Of a DNA stretch of 15,093 nucleotides, positions 1 to 8,619 are shown piece after piece (positions within the stretch are counted from its first letter, which is position 1; every line of letters begins with the position of its first letter). Both the position numbers and the translations under genes were made by a program. Source of the DNA: Candidatus Hydrogenedentota bacterium. Its GTDB lineage: Bacteria > Hydrogenedentota > Hydrogenedentia > Hydrogenedentales > SLHB01. The stretch covers positions 1 to 15,093 of the forward strand of contig JAWXCN010000117.1 of NCBI GenBank assembly GCA_034408725.1. The letters run 5' to 3'. Under the pieces are notes generated by a model that was not told where the DNA came from, ran no database searches, and worked only from the letters and a program-made list of their open reading frames with translations.

Positions 1-1
1 G

Positions 2-436
2 TACAACGACACCTGTCTATCCCCTCTGCTCGTGAGTTGCTTCATCGCGATTGACGCCTGCACGAAAGAAAACGGATGCCTGCAGGTGCTCAAAGGTTCG
101 CATCACATTGGCCGCATCAACCACATTCGCGTCGGCGATCAGACGGGCGCGGACCCCGAGCGCTGTGATCAGGCGGAGAAAATGTGCCCGCTGGAATACG
201 TCACGATGGAGCCGGGCGACGCGCTATGGTTTCATTCAAACCTGCTGCACCGGTCTGATCAGAATACTTCACCGAATCCCCGCTGGGCGTTGATTTGCTG
301 TTACAACGCAAAGCGCAACAGCCCGTACGGCAAATCGAGCCATCCATCTTATACGCCCATGAAGCGCGTGCCGGACAACGCCATCAAGGAAACCGGCTTG
401 AAGTGGCTCGGCGCAACAACGGACTTTCTGGCGTAG
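2..436 (+). CDS. PhyH-family Fe(II)/2-oxoglutarate-dependent dioxygenase, 5'-truncated by the window edge
   Basis: The frame is open from base 2 (YNDTCLSPLLVSCFIAID...). It has the family motifs IAID-x4-ENGCLQVLKGSH and MEPGDALWFHSNLLHRS (distal Fe-ligand His), plus PRWALICCYN (2OG-binding Arg). The HxD motif would lie upstream of the window. Confidence 0.9.
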   Translation, partial: YNDTCLSPLLVSCFIAIDACTKENGCLQVLKGSHHIGRINHIRVGDQTGADPERCDQAEKMCPLEYVTMEPGDALWFHSNLLHRSDQNTSPNPRWALICCYNAKRNSPYGKSSHPSYTPMKRVPDNAIKETGLKWLGATTDFLA

Positions 437-473
437 AAACAGGCATTCGCGCATTGCTTATTAAGTAGTTCGA

Positions 474-2711
474 TTGAATAGCACTTCGCCATCCTCCGTT
501 CCCACGTTTCCGCGCGTGCTGGTCGCTGTGTGCGCGGCGGCGATTATCGTGCTGGGCATTGCCGCTAGTTTCGCGACGGCGCGTCTCCGCACGGATAATT
601 CCATCGAGCATTGGCTGAATCCATCGAGCCCCGCGACACTCGATTACGCGCGTTTCAGGCAAATGTTCGGCGCGGACGAATTTATTGTCGTGTGCATTTC
701 GGGCAAGCCTTTGTTCGACCAAGCCGCGTTGGATGCGATGCTCATAGCGCAGGATGCCCTGCTTCGCGTGCCGGAGGTCCATCGCGTCGCTGGAATTCCC
801 GCGGTGTATCGCGACGTATTTGGCGCGGAAGACCCGGACGCCCTCCAGGCTGAATTCACGTCCACGCCATTTTATCGCGGGCTATATATTTCACCGGATG
901 CCACCGCCGCGGGTTTATTCCTCGAAATCGTCCCGCCGGAAGATAGTCCCGAGCGAAGCGCGATGCTTTCAGAGATCGAAGCCGCCGCGCAACCATTGCG
1001 CGACCATGGTTTTCGCGTGGACCTCGTCGGCCCGCCGACGCTGAATGTTGCGCTCGACGAAATCTCCGAGCGGGAAACGCGCCGCGCCATTCCGATCGCG
1101 CTCGTTTGTTCAATCATCATGTTATTGGTCCTGCTGCGCAGTGCCCGCGCTGTGCTTGTCGCATGCGTCTGCGCGTGGCTCAGCGTGGTGATCCCGCTAG
1201 GTCTGATTCATGTCTCTGGTTACACCCTCACGATGGTCAGTTCGGTGCTGCCGCCCCTGCTGTGGTCGCTTTCGCTGGCGCACTCGGTGCATTTCATCAC
1301 GCACTACTACCGCCACCGCACGCGGGGTGAAGGCGTGTCCGATGCCGTCGCACGTGCGTGGTTTGAAGTGCGGCTTCCGTGCGCGCTCGCGGCGATAACG
1401 ACATCCGCGGGGTTCCTCTCGCTTGCGTTTTCGTCCATGCCGCCGATTCGGCATCTGGGCGTGTTTGCATCTATCGCGATTGTGATATCGATGGTCGCGA
1501 ACCTGGCGGTCGCGCCCACGTTGACCGCGCTGTTTCAACTTACGCCCCGGCCCCAGGCGCGTTCACGCTGGGCGCCGTTGCTACTCCGCATGGAACGCCT
1601 TGCCGAACAACGCACCTGGACCATCGTAATCGTTTTCGCCGCAATTGGAATTGCCGGCGCGATCAGCATTACCCAATTGCGGCCCGAGCCCAACCCGCTT
1701 TCCTTTCTCCCGAAAGACGCTACGGCGGTGCAGTCATACAACTTCGTGAGCGAGAATCTCACCGGCCTGTACACGCTCGAGACCGTTGTGGACTGCCCGA
1801 ATGGCTGGCTCGATCCGGCATATTGGCCCACGATAGACGCGATGACCGCGCAACTGGAGTCCGTCGAATACGTGGCGCGCAGGGCGTCGCCGTTGGACTT
1901 GTTGCGCAAGCTGAACCAATGGGACAACGCATTCGATCCCGCGACGTATGTGCTTCCCGAATCGCAAGAAGAAGCCGCGCGCTTAATTCACGAAACACCC
2001 GCATGGACGCGGAACGAGCTACAGCGGCTCGTGTCAACTGATGGAAAAACCATTCGCCTCTCGATCCTCGTGCGCGCGATGGACGCGGAACGGTTTTACG
2101 CGTTGACCGATTTCGCGCAGGGCGTGTTCGATGCTCTCGACGATGGAGTGACCGCGCGTCTCACCGGCATCGTGCTGCTGTTGAACAACGCCCAGGTCGA
2201 ACTCGCGATCACGCAGGTGAAAAGCTTCGCGTTCTCGTTCCTGACAGTATTCGCAATGATTGGCCTCGGGCTTCGATCATTGCGGCTGATGGGGCTCGCC
2301 ATGGCGCCGACGGTACTGCCGACGCTTGCGGCATTCGCAGTCATGCCGCTGCTTGGAATTCCACTTGACGCCGCCACCGTGCTGGTTGCGGGCGTTGCGC
2401 TGGGCATGGCCGACGACAACACCATTCACCTCATCGCGTCGTATCGTCTGTTGCGCAAGCCCGGCCAACCTACTACGCAAGCGGTCAGCGCCGCGCTCAT
2501 CGAAGTGGGCCCCGCGCTGATTTATTCGACCGGCACGTCGTGCATCGGATTCTTCACGTTATGCGCGTCGGAGTTTGTGCCGATTCGCTATTTCGGATTT
2601 CTTTCCGGTTTGGCCCTGCTAACAGCATTGCTCGCAAACCTGTTGCTCACTCCGGCGCTGATCCTGCTCGTCAACCGCCGCCGCGGCGGTCCCGAACGCG
2701 AAGCGATATGA
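474..2711 (+). CDS. MMPL/RND-superfamily membrane exporter (about 12 TM)
   Basis: 745 aa with two-fold repeated architecture (TM, periplasmic domain, 5 TM). Motifs include FGADEFIVV, AAITTSAGFLSL, GVALGMADDNTIH and GPALIYSTGTSCIGF. The TTG start is uncertain because the RBS is weak. Confidence 0.88.
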   Translation: MNSTSPSSVPTFPRVLVAVCAAAIIVLGIAASFATARLRTDNSIEHWLNPSSPATLDYARFRQMFGADEFIVVCISGKPLFDQAALDAMLIAQDALLRVPEVHRVAGIPAVYRDVFGAEDPDALQAEFTSTPFYRGLYISPDATAAGLFLEIVPPEDSPERSAMLSEIEAAAQPLRDHGFRVDLVGPPTLNVALDEISERETRRAIPIALVCSIIMLLVLLRSARAVLVACVCAWLSVVIPLGLIHVSGYTLTMVSSVLPPLLWSLSLAHSVHFITHYYRHRTRGEGVSDAVARAWFEVRLPCALAAITTSAGFLSLAFSSMPPIRHLGVFASIAIVISMVANLAVAPTLTALFQLTPRPQARSRWAPLLLRMERLAEQRTWTIVIVFAAIGIAGAISITQLRPEPNPLSFLPKDATAVQSYNFVSENLTGLYTLETVVDCPNGWLDPAYWPTIDAMTAQLESVEYVARRASPLDLLRKLNQWDNAFDPATYVLPESQEEAARLIHETPAWTRNELQRLVSTDGKTIRLSILVRAMDAERFYALTDFAQGVFDALDDGVTARLTGIVLLLNNAQVELAITQVKSFAFSFLTVFAMIGLGLRSLRLMGLAMAPTVLPTLAAFAVMPLLGIPLDAATVLVAGVALGMADDNTIHLIASYRLLRKPGQPTTQAVSAALIEVGPALIYSTGTSCIGFFTLCASEFVPIRYFGFLSGLALLTALLANLLLTPALILLVNRRRGGPEREAI

Positions 2712-2752
2712 AATAAAAAGGCGCCGCGTTCGGAGCGAATCGAACGCGGCGC
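2711..2752 (-). terminator. Rho-independent terminator for the minus-strand microprotein gene
   Basis: Perfect 12-bp stem GCGCCGCGTTCG (2721-2732) / CGAACGCGGCGC (2741-2752) with an 8-nt loop. On the minus strand it is followed by CTTTTTATTT. It lies between convergent stops at 2711 and 2775. Confidence 0.85.
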
Positions 2753-2774
2753 GGGGCTATACGTTTCAATGAAA

Positions 2775-2972
2775 TTACGCGGCGTGTACCACTTCCCTGC
2801 GGGAAGCTTCTCGCGCTTGCGCGCGGCGATACAACTCGCCGAATGCCTCCGCGGCGCATCCCGGGCAGTATCCGTGGCTCACGAGTGTCTCGTGATGGTT
2901 AACCGGCTTGCCCAGTGCAAACCACTGACCATCTTCACGAACTTTCTCACATACACAGCATTGAACTATCAT
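2775..2972 (-). CDS. Small putative zinc-binding protein, 65 aa (CxxC...W...SHGYCPxC)
   Basis: Sequence MIVQCCVCEKVREDGQW...VSHGYCPGCAAEAF. GGGAGG (2982-2987) is flush against the ATG at 2981 but 9 nt from the ATG at 2972, which favours 2972 as the start. It is bracketed by its own promoter and terminator. Confidence 0.8.
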   Translation of the reverse strand: MIVQCCVCEKVREDGQWFALGKPVNHHETLVSHGYCPGCAAEAFGELYRRAQAREASRREVVHAA

Positions 2973-3019
2973 CTCGAACATCCTCCCGGGTTCCGTCCCG
3001 AGTTCTGTATCGTAGAGAG

Positions 3020-3036
3020 AGCATAGTCTGTGCCAA
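3020..3036 (-). promoter_or_regulatory. Sigma54 (RpoN) -24/-12 promoter
   Basis: The minus strand reads TTGGCACAGACTATGCT. This gives TGGCAC and exact GG-N10-GC spacing, with one mismatch (ATGC for TTGC) to the consensus TGGCAC-N5-TTGCW. The predicted TSS is near 3009, about 37 nt before the start at 2972. Confidence 0.75.
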
Positions 3037-3060
3037 ATATCCCGTATAACCCGATTTCCT

Positions 3061-3073
3061 CTATAAGTGTTTA
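3061..3073. promoter_or_regulatory. Possible IHF site upstream of the sigma54 promoter
   Basis: CTATAAGTGTTTA partially matches the IHF core (C/T)AA-N4-TTR. It sits in an AT-rich tract about 55-65 bp upstream of the predicted TSS, a typical position at sigma54 promoters. Confidence 0.35.
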
Positions 3074-3233
3074 CCTTTCCATGTCTTTAACGTTACGTGC
3101 GGCAAGGACAATGCTGATTTAGCCCTGTCGTTCTGGCAAACACGGCAAATTATTCCACTGGTTGCCAAAATTAAGTGCCCGGAATCCCGTCAGTCCGACG
3201 AAATCTGGGCAGGATTGGGTTCCAGAATTAGCA

Positions 3234-3262
3234 TTTTCGGCGTATATCCCGGCTGTTACGTT
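3234..3262 (+). promoter_or_regulatory. Possible sigma70 extended -10 promoter for the ABC operon
   Basis: TG-T-TACGTT at 3254-3262 with a weak -35 (TTTTCG, 3234-3239) at 17-bp spacing, about 48 nt upstream of the start at 3310. Confidence 0.3.
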
Positions 3263-3309
3263 GCGCGGAAGTGTCCGAATGCGTTAGGGTAGCGGCAGAG
3301 GAGTGTCCC

Positions 3310-4239
3310 TTGATCGAGGTTAGCGGGTTGACAAAGGTTTACGGCACGATTACGGCCGTACAGGACCTTTCGTTCCGGGTAGCGAAGGGCGAAATCATCG
3401 GGTTTCTTGGGCCTAACGGGGCCGGGAAAAGCACGACTATGCGTATTCTTACCGGGTTCACGCCGCCCACCAGCGGGGTTGCGAAGGTCGCCGGATTTCA
3501 CATCGAAGACCAGCCGATAGAGGTCAAGCGGCGCGTCGGCTACATGCCGGAGAACGTACCCGCGTATGGCGAGATGCTGGTTCGCGCATTTTTGCGGTAT
3601 GCGGCGGAGGTAAAGTGCGTCGCGCGGGGGAGTTTGGCCGCGGAAGTGGACCGCGTGATGTCTCGATGCGGCCTGGGAGACATGGCAAACCGGGTAATTC
3701 GCAATCTGTCGAAGGGCTACCGCCAGCGCCTGGGCCTTGCGCAGGCGCTCATTGGAAACCCACCGGTGCTGATCCTGGATGAGCCCACTTCGGGCCTGGA
3801 CCCAAAACAGATTGTCGAAATCCGCCAGGTGATCAAGGAACTTGCGCCGGAACACACCGTACTGCTGAGCACACACATCCTGCCCGAGGTTGCGATGGTG
3901 TGCGAGCGCGTCATCATTATCAACCGCGGCCACATCGTCGCGCAGGACACCATGCACAATCTCACGGGCGGCGACACGGAGTTGCTCGAGGTCGAAGCGC
4001 GCGGCGTTTCCGATGCAATCGTGTCAAAGCTTAGCGCGATTCCCGGCGTGACGACTGTCGAAACGCTCGGCAATGGGCGTTACCACGTGTCCGCGCCGCG
4101 CGGATCGAACCTGAACGAGGCTATCATCGCCGCGCTTGCGCAGGGGGACTGCGGCCTCACGGGCATTCAACGCAAGCGCCGGACGCTCGAAGATGTTTTC
4201 ATTGCCGCGGTCGCGTCCGATCAGGGAGCGGCGGAATGA
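3310..4239 (+). CDS. ABC-2-type transporter ATP-binding protein (GldA-like)
   Basis: Walker A GPNGAGKST, signature LSKGYRQR, Walker B/D-loop LILDEPTSGLD, H-loop LSTH and a C-terminal TLEDVF. GAGGAG at 3298-3303 supports the TTG start at 3310 (MIEVSGLTK) rather than 3271. Confidence 0.95.
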   Translation: MIEVSGLTKVYGTITAVQDLSFRVAKGEIIGFLGPNGAGKSTTMRILTGFTPPTSGVAKVAGFHIEDQPIEVKRRVGYMPENVPAYGEMLVRAFLRYAAEVKCVARGSLAAEVDRVMSRCGLGDMANRVIRNLSKGYRQRLGLAQALIGNPPVLILDEPTSGLDPKQIVEIRQVIKELAPEHTVLLSTHILPEVAMVCERVIIINRGHIVAQDTMHNLTGGDTELLEVEARGVSDAIVSKLSAIPGVTTVETLGNGRYHVSAPRGSNLNEAIIAALAQGDCGLTGIQRKRRTLEDVFIAAVASDQGAAE

Positions 4240-5069
4240 GAAGTGCCTGGGCCGTCTGCAAGCGCGAGCTTGTAAGCTTTTTTACCACTCCGGTCGGTTA
4301 CGTAATCGTCGGCACGTATGCGGCGATTGCCGGCCTTGGGTTCGCCGCGTCTTTCACCGAGTTTTGCGCCATTACAGTCAACCCGGCGGAGAAGGGCTAC
4401 GAGGGCATCCCAAAACTGGAAGAGTTGTTGATAAGCCCCTACCTGCTTTTCTGCGGCCAGCTCCTGATGTTCATCGGGCCATTGATCACCATGCGATTGC
4501 TTGCGGAAGAACGCAGCCGGGGAACGATGGAGCTATTGCTCACCTATCCCTTGCGTGACCGCGATATTGTGTTCGGCAAGTTTGGCGCGGCCTTGGGCAT
4601 AGTGCTCGTGCTGATGGCAATCGTCGGGGTGCATCTCGCAGTCGTAGGCGTCTATACCGACGTCGAACCCGCGGTGCTGGCCTTCGGCCTGCTCACGTTG
4701 TTTTTGATGAGCGCGGCGTTCATGAGCCTCGGACTCTTTGTGTCGGCGTGGACGCGCAACGCGGTGACGGCCGGCGTCGTCACGTTCGCGCTATGGTTTA
4801 TTTCCTATATCGTGGGCACTTTCGGCCAATCGCTGCCGGGAGCGCCCGCAAATATTCCGGCGCAACTCGGGGTAAACGCCGGGCGCGCCATTGGTTTCAT
4901 GTGGGGCATTTTCCGTCAACTTGTCGTTGAGCTTCCGCTGGACCGTCACGCCGAACGCATGGCGCAGGGTATCGTCCAGCCGCAGGACATCGCGTACTAT
5001 TTGCTGTTCACCGTGTTTTTTCTTTTCCTGACGTTCCGCGCGCTCGAATCGCGGCGGTGGAGGGCGTAA
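4236..5069 (+). CDS. ABC-2-type permease (GldF-like)
   Basis: Motifs KRELVSFFTTPVGY, PLITMRLLAEERSRGTMELLLTYP, IVFGKF and a C-terminal RALESRRW. It has about 6 TM segments and an ATGA overlap with the upstream gene. Confidence 0.92.
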   Translation: MRSAWAVCKRELVSFFTTPVGYVIVGTYAAIAGLGFAASFTEFCAITVNPAEKGYEGIPKLEELLISPYLLFCGQLLMFIGPLITMRLLAEERSRGTMELLLTYPLRDRDIVFGKFGAALGIVLVLMAIVGVHLAVVGVYTDVEPAVLAFGLLTLFLMSAAFMSLGLFVSAWTRNAVTAGVVTFALWFISYIVGTFGQSLPGAPANIPAQLGVNAGRAIGFMWGIFRQLVVELPLDRHAERMAQGIVQPQDIAYYLLFTVFFLFLTFRALESRRWRA

Positions 5070-5071
5070 CG

Positions 5072-6754
5072 GTGAATCGCTTGCGCATACTCTGCGGGTT
5101 GGGCGCGCTGGCTGTATTGGGGTTCGTGCTGAACATTTTCGCCATACAACGCCAGATGTTCGTGCCCCTCGTTTATGTTCCATTCCTTATTTCAGTGATG
5201 CTGGCGTTGCTCTGGGCCGTATTGTCCATCATTCTCAAAGCGACTGCCTCAAAAGAACATCGCCGCTCTGGATCGTTTAACGGCATTTTCGCCTCGATCA
5301 TTTTTCTTTGCATCTGCATGGTGACCTACGCCTTTGTCCGGAAGTGGGACCGCGCGTGGGACCTCACCGAGGAAGGCCGCGCGTCCATGGCACCGCAGAC
5401 GGTACAGGTGTTGCAGGGCCTGACCCAGGAAGTAAACGTCACTGGGTTATTTCCGCAAACGGAAGAACGCGAAATTCAGGTCGCGAGGGACAAAGCGGAG
5501 TTGTTCCTGAAACGTTGCGCGGAAATATCGCCCAATCTGAAAGTCACGTACATGGACCCCGTGAAGGAAAGGGTCCGCGCGGAAGCGATGGGGCTGAGCT
5601 TTGCTGATCCCAAGGGTTCCGTCGTCATTAAATCCGGCACGCGCCAACGTACAATCTCGCTAACGGGCGATGTGCCACGGCTTGAAGAACGCGATTTCAC
5701 GAACGCGCTTATAAATGTGCTGCAAACGTCTGAGCCCAAAATTGGGTTTCTCACTGGTCATGGAGAAAACGATGTTTCCCGTCCGGAGATGGCGACGGTG
5801 AAGCAATTGCTTGAACGCGAGAGTTACAAGGCGGAGCCGATGGCGATCAAGCCTGGAGAGGGCGGAGTGCTTGGCGATTATGACTTGCTGGTCATCAACG
5901 GACTCAACGCGCAAGAAGGCGGCGATCTTTCTCAAGATGAACTTTCCGCGTTGGACGCGTTTGCCGGCGGCGGCGGCCGGCTTCTGGTTTTCGTTGATCC
6001 ACAATTCTCGAATGATCCCGCGGCCCCGCGAAAGCGTGTGCTGGACTGGTTGCAGCAGCGCTTTGGCATTGTCGTCGGCGCGGACGTAGTCATCGCGGAT
6101 CAGCGCATTGAATCGCGGCTCGGTGAGATCACGCTGTACTCCGATGTCGCCGCGACCGCGCAATTCGGTGAAATTGACGTGCCGGACGTCGAGTTCAACG
6201 GATGCTACGAACAGTCAAGTCCCATCACGCGCGGGTTCGACAAACAAATGATGCTTATTGCCGCTTGCTCGGTATCGCTCGCGGAATCGCCCCCAACGAA
6301 TGTATCGGGGACAACACTGTTGCGCACGCTTCCCTACTGCTACGCGGAAACAAATCTTATCGCGTTGATGCAGGGCAAACCGCCCACCCGCGACCCGCAG
6401 GAAAAAATGGGCTCGATCAGTTTGGCCGCGTCCACCGTCATGCAAACCGATGTGCCTGTCGGCGATACGGGTCAAATGAAAAGCGCCCGAGTCGTGGTTG
6501 TCGGCGACACAGAATTTATCACGAACGAAACCATACGGCTCGGCGGCAACCTGAACTTCTTCATGAACACAGTCGCATGGCTAACCGAACGCGAGCAATT
6601 GATCGCAATCCGCCCGACGGGCCGCGAAAACCAGCCCATTAAATTGTCCAGTGCCGACGAAACGTTTATATGGTGGGTCGCCGGCCTCGGCGTGGTCCAG
6701 ATCGTTCTGATCGCGTCGTTCGTCATGTATCTGGCGCGGAGACGCTACGCGTGA
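5072..6754 (+). CDS. GldG-like ABC transporter auxiliary component (ABC_transp_aux type)
   Basis: N-terminal TMs, WDLTEEG...APQT, FTNALI...IGFLTGHGE, GGRLLVFVDP, RVVVVGDTEF...NLNFFMNTVAWL...LIAIRP and a C-terminal TM ending RRR. GGAGGG at 5059-5064 supports the GTG start at 5072. Confidence 0.88.
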   Translation: MNRLRILCGLGALAVLGFVLNIFAIQRQMFVPLVYVPFLISVMLALLWAVLSIILKATASKEHRRSGSFNGIFASIIFLCICMVTYAFVRKWDRAWDLTEEGRASMAPQTVQVLQGLTQEVNVTGLFPQTEEREIQVARDKAELFLKRCAEISPNLKVTYMDPVKERVRAEAMGLSFADPKGSVVIKSGTRQRTISLTGDVPRLEERDFTNALINVLQTSEPKIGFLTGHGENDVSRPEMATVKQLLERESYKAEPMAIKPGEGGVLGDYDLLVINGLNAQEGGDLSQDELSALDAFAGGGGRLLVFVDPQFSNDPAAPRKRVLDWLQQRFGIVVGADVVIADQRIESRLGEITLYSDVAATAQFGEIDVPDVEFNGCYEQSSPITRGFDKQMMLIAACSVSLAESPPTNVSGTTLLRTLPYCYAETNLIALMQGKPPTRDPQEKMGSISLAASTVMQTDVPVGDTGQMKSARVVVVGDTEFITNETIRLGGNLNFFMNTVAWLTEREQLIAIRPTGRENQPIKLSSADETFIWWVAGLGVVQIVLIASFVMYLARRRYA

Positions 6755-8589
6755 AGACGCGCACGAACATAATTTTGCTGGTTGTGCTGCTTGCGTTGTG
6801 CGTTGGTTATTGGCTGTTGGTGAGGGGCCTGTTTGAAAGAAAACAGCAGGCGATTGAAGCGAAACGCCTCTACTCATTTGCCAGCGCCGATGTAACCGCC
6901 ATCACCATTTTGCGTGAAGGCGAACGCGCAACTACCGGCGTGCGCGACGCCGCGAAAAGTGGCTGGCGGGTTACGCAGCCAACCGGAATTGTCGCCAATG
7001 CGCAGGTCTGGGAGCGGGTCGCGACGAGCATCGCAGAACTTCGCAACGAACAAACCATCGATGAGGAAGCGTCAAATCCGGCGGATTTTGGATTGGACGA
7101 GCCCGTCCTCGAAGTCACTGCGCAAACCGCTTCGGGCGACGGCATTGCCGTCGCATTCGGCATGATGGACCCCACGCAGAAATTCCGGTATGCGCGCGAA
7201 GGGGATGGCCCCATTTTCCTGGCCCATCCCGACCAATTTTTTTTGTTGGACCGTAATCTCGAATGGTTGCGCGACCGCAATTTGTTCAAGGTAGGCGATG
7301 CCGGCATCACCCGCATCGAGTTCACGCCCATGCGCGCCGCGAAAAGTGCCCCGGAGAAGGGCGCGGCGGCGGTCGAAGAATCGACGACGGTGATCGCGGA
7401 AAAGAATGCCCAGGGTGTATGGTCGATTGTCGCCCCGCAACCCGGCACGGCGGACCAGCAGATGTTGAATACACTCGCGAGCGAACTCCAGTTTGCGATG
7501 GGACGCGACTACATCGAGAACCCGGAAAACCTCACAGACTATCAGCTTGCTCCGCCTCGCGCCCGCGTAAGCATTCAGAGCGGCGCGGACGGCCCCTTGC
7601 AAACCGCGTATTTCGGCACGTTTGAACGTGAGCGAAAAGAAGACGCCGGAGTATTTGTGATGCAGGAAGGCATGCCGGCAGTCTTCGTCGTGGATGCGAG
7701 CATCGTAACGAACTTCCCCTTGTCTTCGCCCGATGCGTGGCGCGAAAAACGGCTCATCACGCGGCAGGGCGGCGATATCACGTCGCTGAAGTACGCGGCG
7801 GGTCCTCAACAGTTCCTGCTCAGCAATGACGAAACACAAGGCTGGATTCTGAAGGAACCGCGGGAAGAACCGACGGACCAAGCCGCGGTGTCACGGTTCA
7901 TCGGCGATTTGCTTGAAATGAAAGGTAGCCAATCATTCACCGAACGCAAACCGGAATTCGGGTTGGACGTGCCTGCGATACGCATGATGCTGACCTTCAG
8001 GGGCGCCAATGAACCCGTTGAAATTCTCGTGGGCGCGGCGACCGCAGATGAATCGCGATACTACGTCACGCAGGATTCCGGCACGGTGATTACGCTGCCG
8101 CAAAAGGATGTCGACGCGCTGGCCGTGAGCATGAAAAAGTTCATGTCGCGCGGCCTACTCTCCTTCCAAAAAAATACCGCGACTAACGTCGTGCTCACAC
8201 TCGACAATACGCGCCATGTTTTTGCGCGCGGTGAACAACAATGGAAAATTACTGAACCCGCGGACAAGGTCTGGGAAAGCCAGGATGATATGCAGACCAT
8301 TCTCGATACTTTTGCGTCGTTTTCCGCGGAGTCTGTGGATGCCGCGGAAGCCCCGGCCGATTTATCTCCGTTCGGCCTCGACAAGCCCGCTTTGACCGTT
8401 CAGGTTGCGGCGCTTCCCGACGGTGCGGCAGAACCTGTGACTTTGCCCGTTGTAATCATCGGGAGCGCGTGCCCAGATGACGCGCACCTGCGTTATGCAC
8501 AAGTCGAAGGCCGCCCGCAGATTTATCGTGTAAAACAGGCTGCCGTTAGCGAAGTGCGCGACGCATTGCGCGGGGTTGTAGACCAATAG
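6751..8589 (+). CDS. Membrane-anchored DUF4340-like protein with four internal repeats
   Basis: GTGA overlap with the upstream stop, preceded by GGAGA. An N-terminal TM/signal (MKTRTNIILLVVLLALCVGYW) is followed by repeated W-x3-4-P and (F/Y)(G/Q)L-x2-P motifs. This is the usual fourth gene of GldAFG-like operons. Confidence 0.8.
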   Translation: MKTRTNIILLVVLLALCVGYWLLVRGLFERKQQAIEAKRLYSFASADVTAITILREGERATTGVRDAAKSGWRVTQPTGIVANAQVWERVATSIAELRNEQTIDEEASNPADFGLDEPVLEVTAQTASGDGIAVAFGMMDPTQKFRYAREGDGPIFLAHPDQFFLLDRNLEWLRDRNLFKVGDAGITRIEFTPMRAAKSAPEKGAAAVEESTTVIAEKNAQGVWSIVAPQPGTADQQMLNTLASELQFAMGRDYIENPENLTDYQLAPPRARVSIQSGADGPLQTAYFGTFERERKEDAGVFVMQEGMPAVFVVDASIVTNFPLSSPDAWREKRLITRQGGDITSLKYAAGPQQFLLSNDETQGWILKEPREEPTDQAAVSRFIGDLLEMKGSQSFTERKPEFGLDVPAIRMMLTFRGANEPVEILVGAATADESRYYVTQDSGTVITLPQKDVDALAVSMKKFMSRGLLSFQKNTATNVVLTLDNTRHVFARGEQQWKITEPADKVWESQDDMQTILDTFASFSAESVDAAEAPADLSPFGLDKPALTVQVAALPDGAAEPVTLPVVIIGSACPDDAHLRYAQVEGRPQIYRVKQAAVSEVRDALRGVVDQ

Positions 8590-8619
8590 CGCCTTTTGAG
8601 CGAGAGGAAAATTCTGTTC

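Noticed and set aside
2721-2790. tRNA-like look of GTTCGGAGCGAATCGAAC
   Set aside because: No cloverleaf or acceptor stem can be formed, and the sequence is fully explained as a terminator hairpin.
2769-3026. 85-aa plus-strand ORF
   Set aside because: It overlaps the minus-strand zinc-finger ORF, which has the promoter, RBS, terminator and motif support. This one has none.
3133-3150. CTGGCA as a second, plus-strand sigma54 promoter
   Set aside because: There is no GC dinucleotide 10 nt after the GG.
7072-7881. 269-aa minus-strand ORF, and similar ORFs at 3256-3957, 8899-9504, 9704-10315 and 13304-14074
   Set aside because: These are antisense shadows of well-supported genes, as expected in GC-rich DNA.
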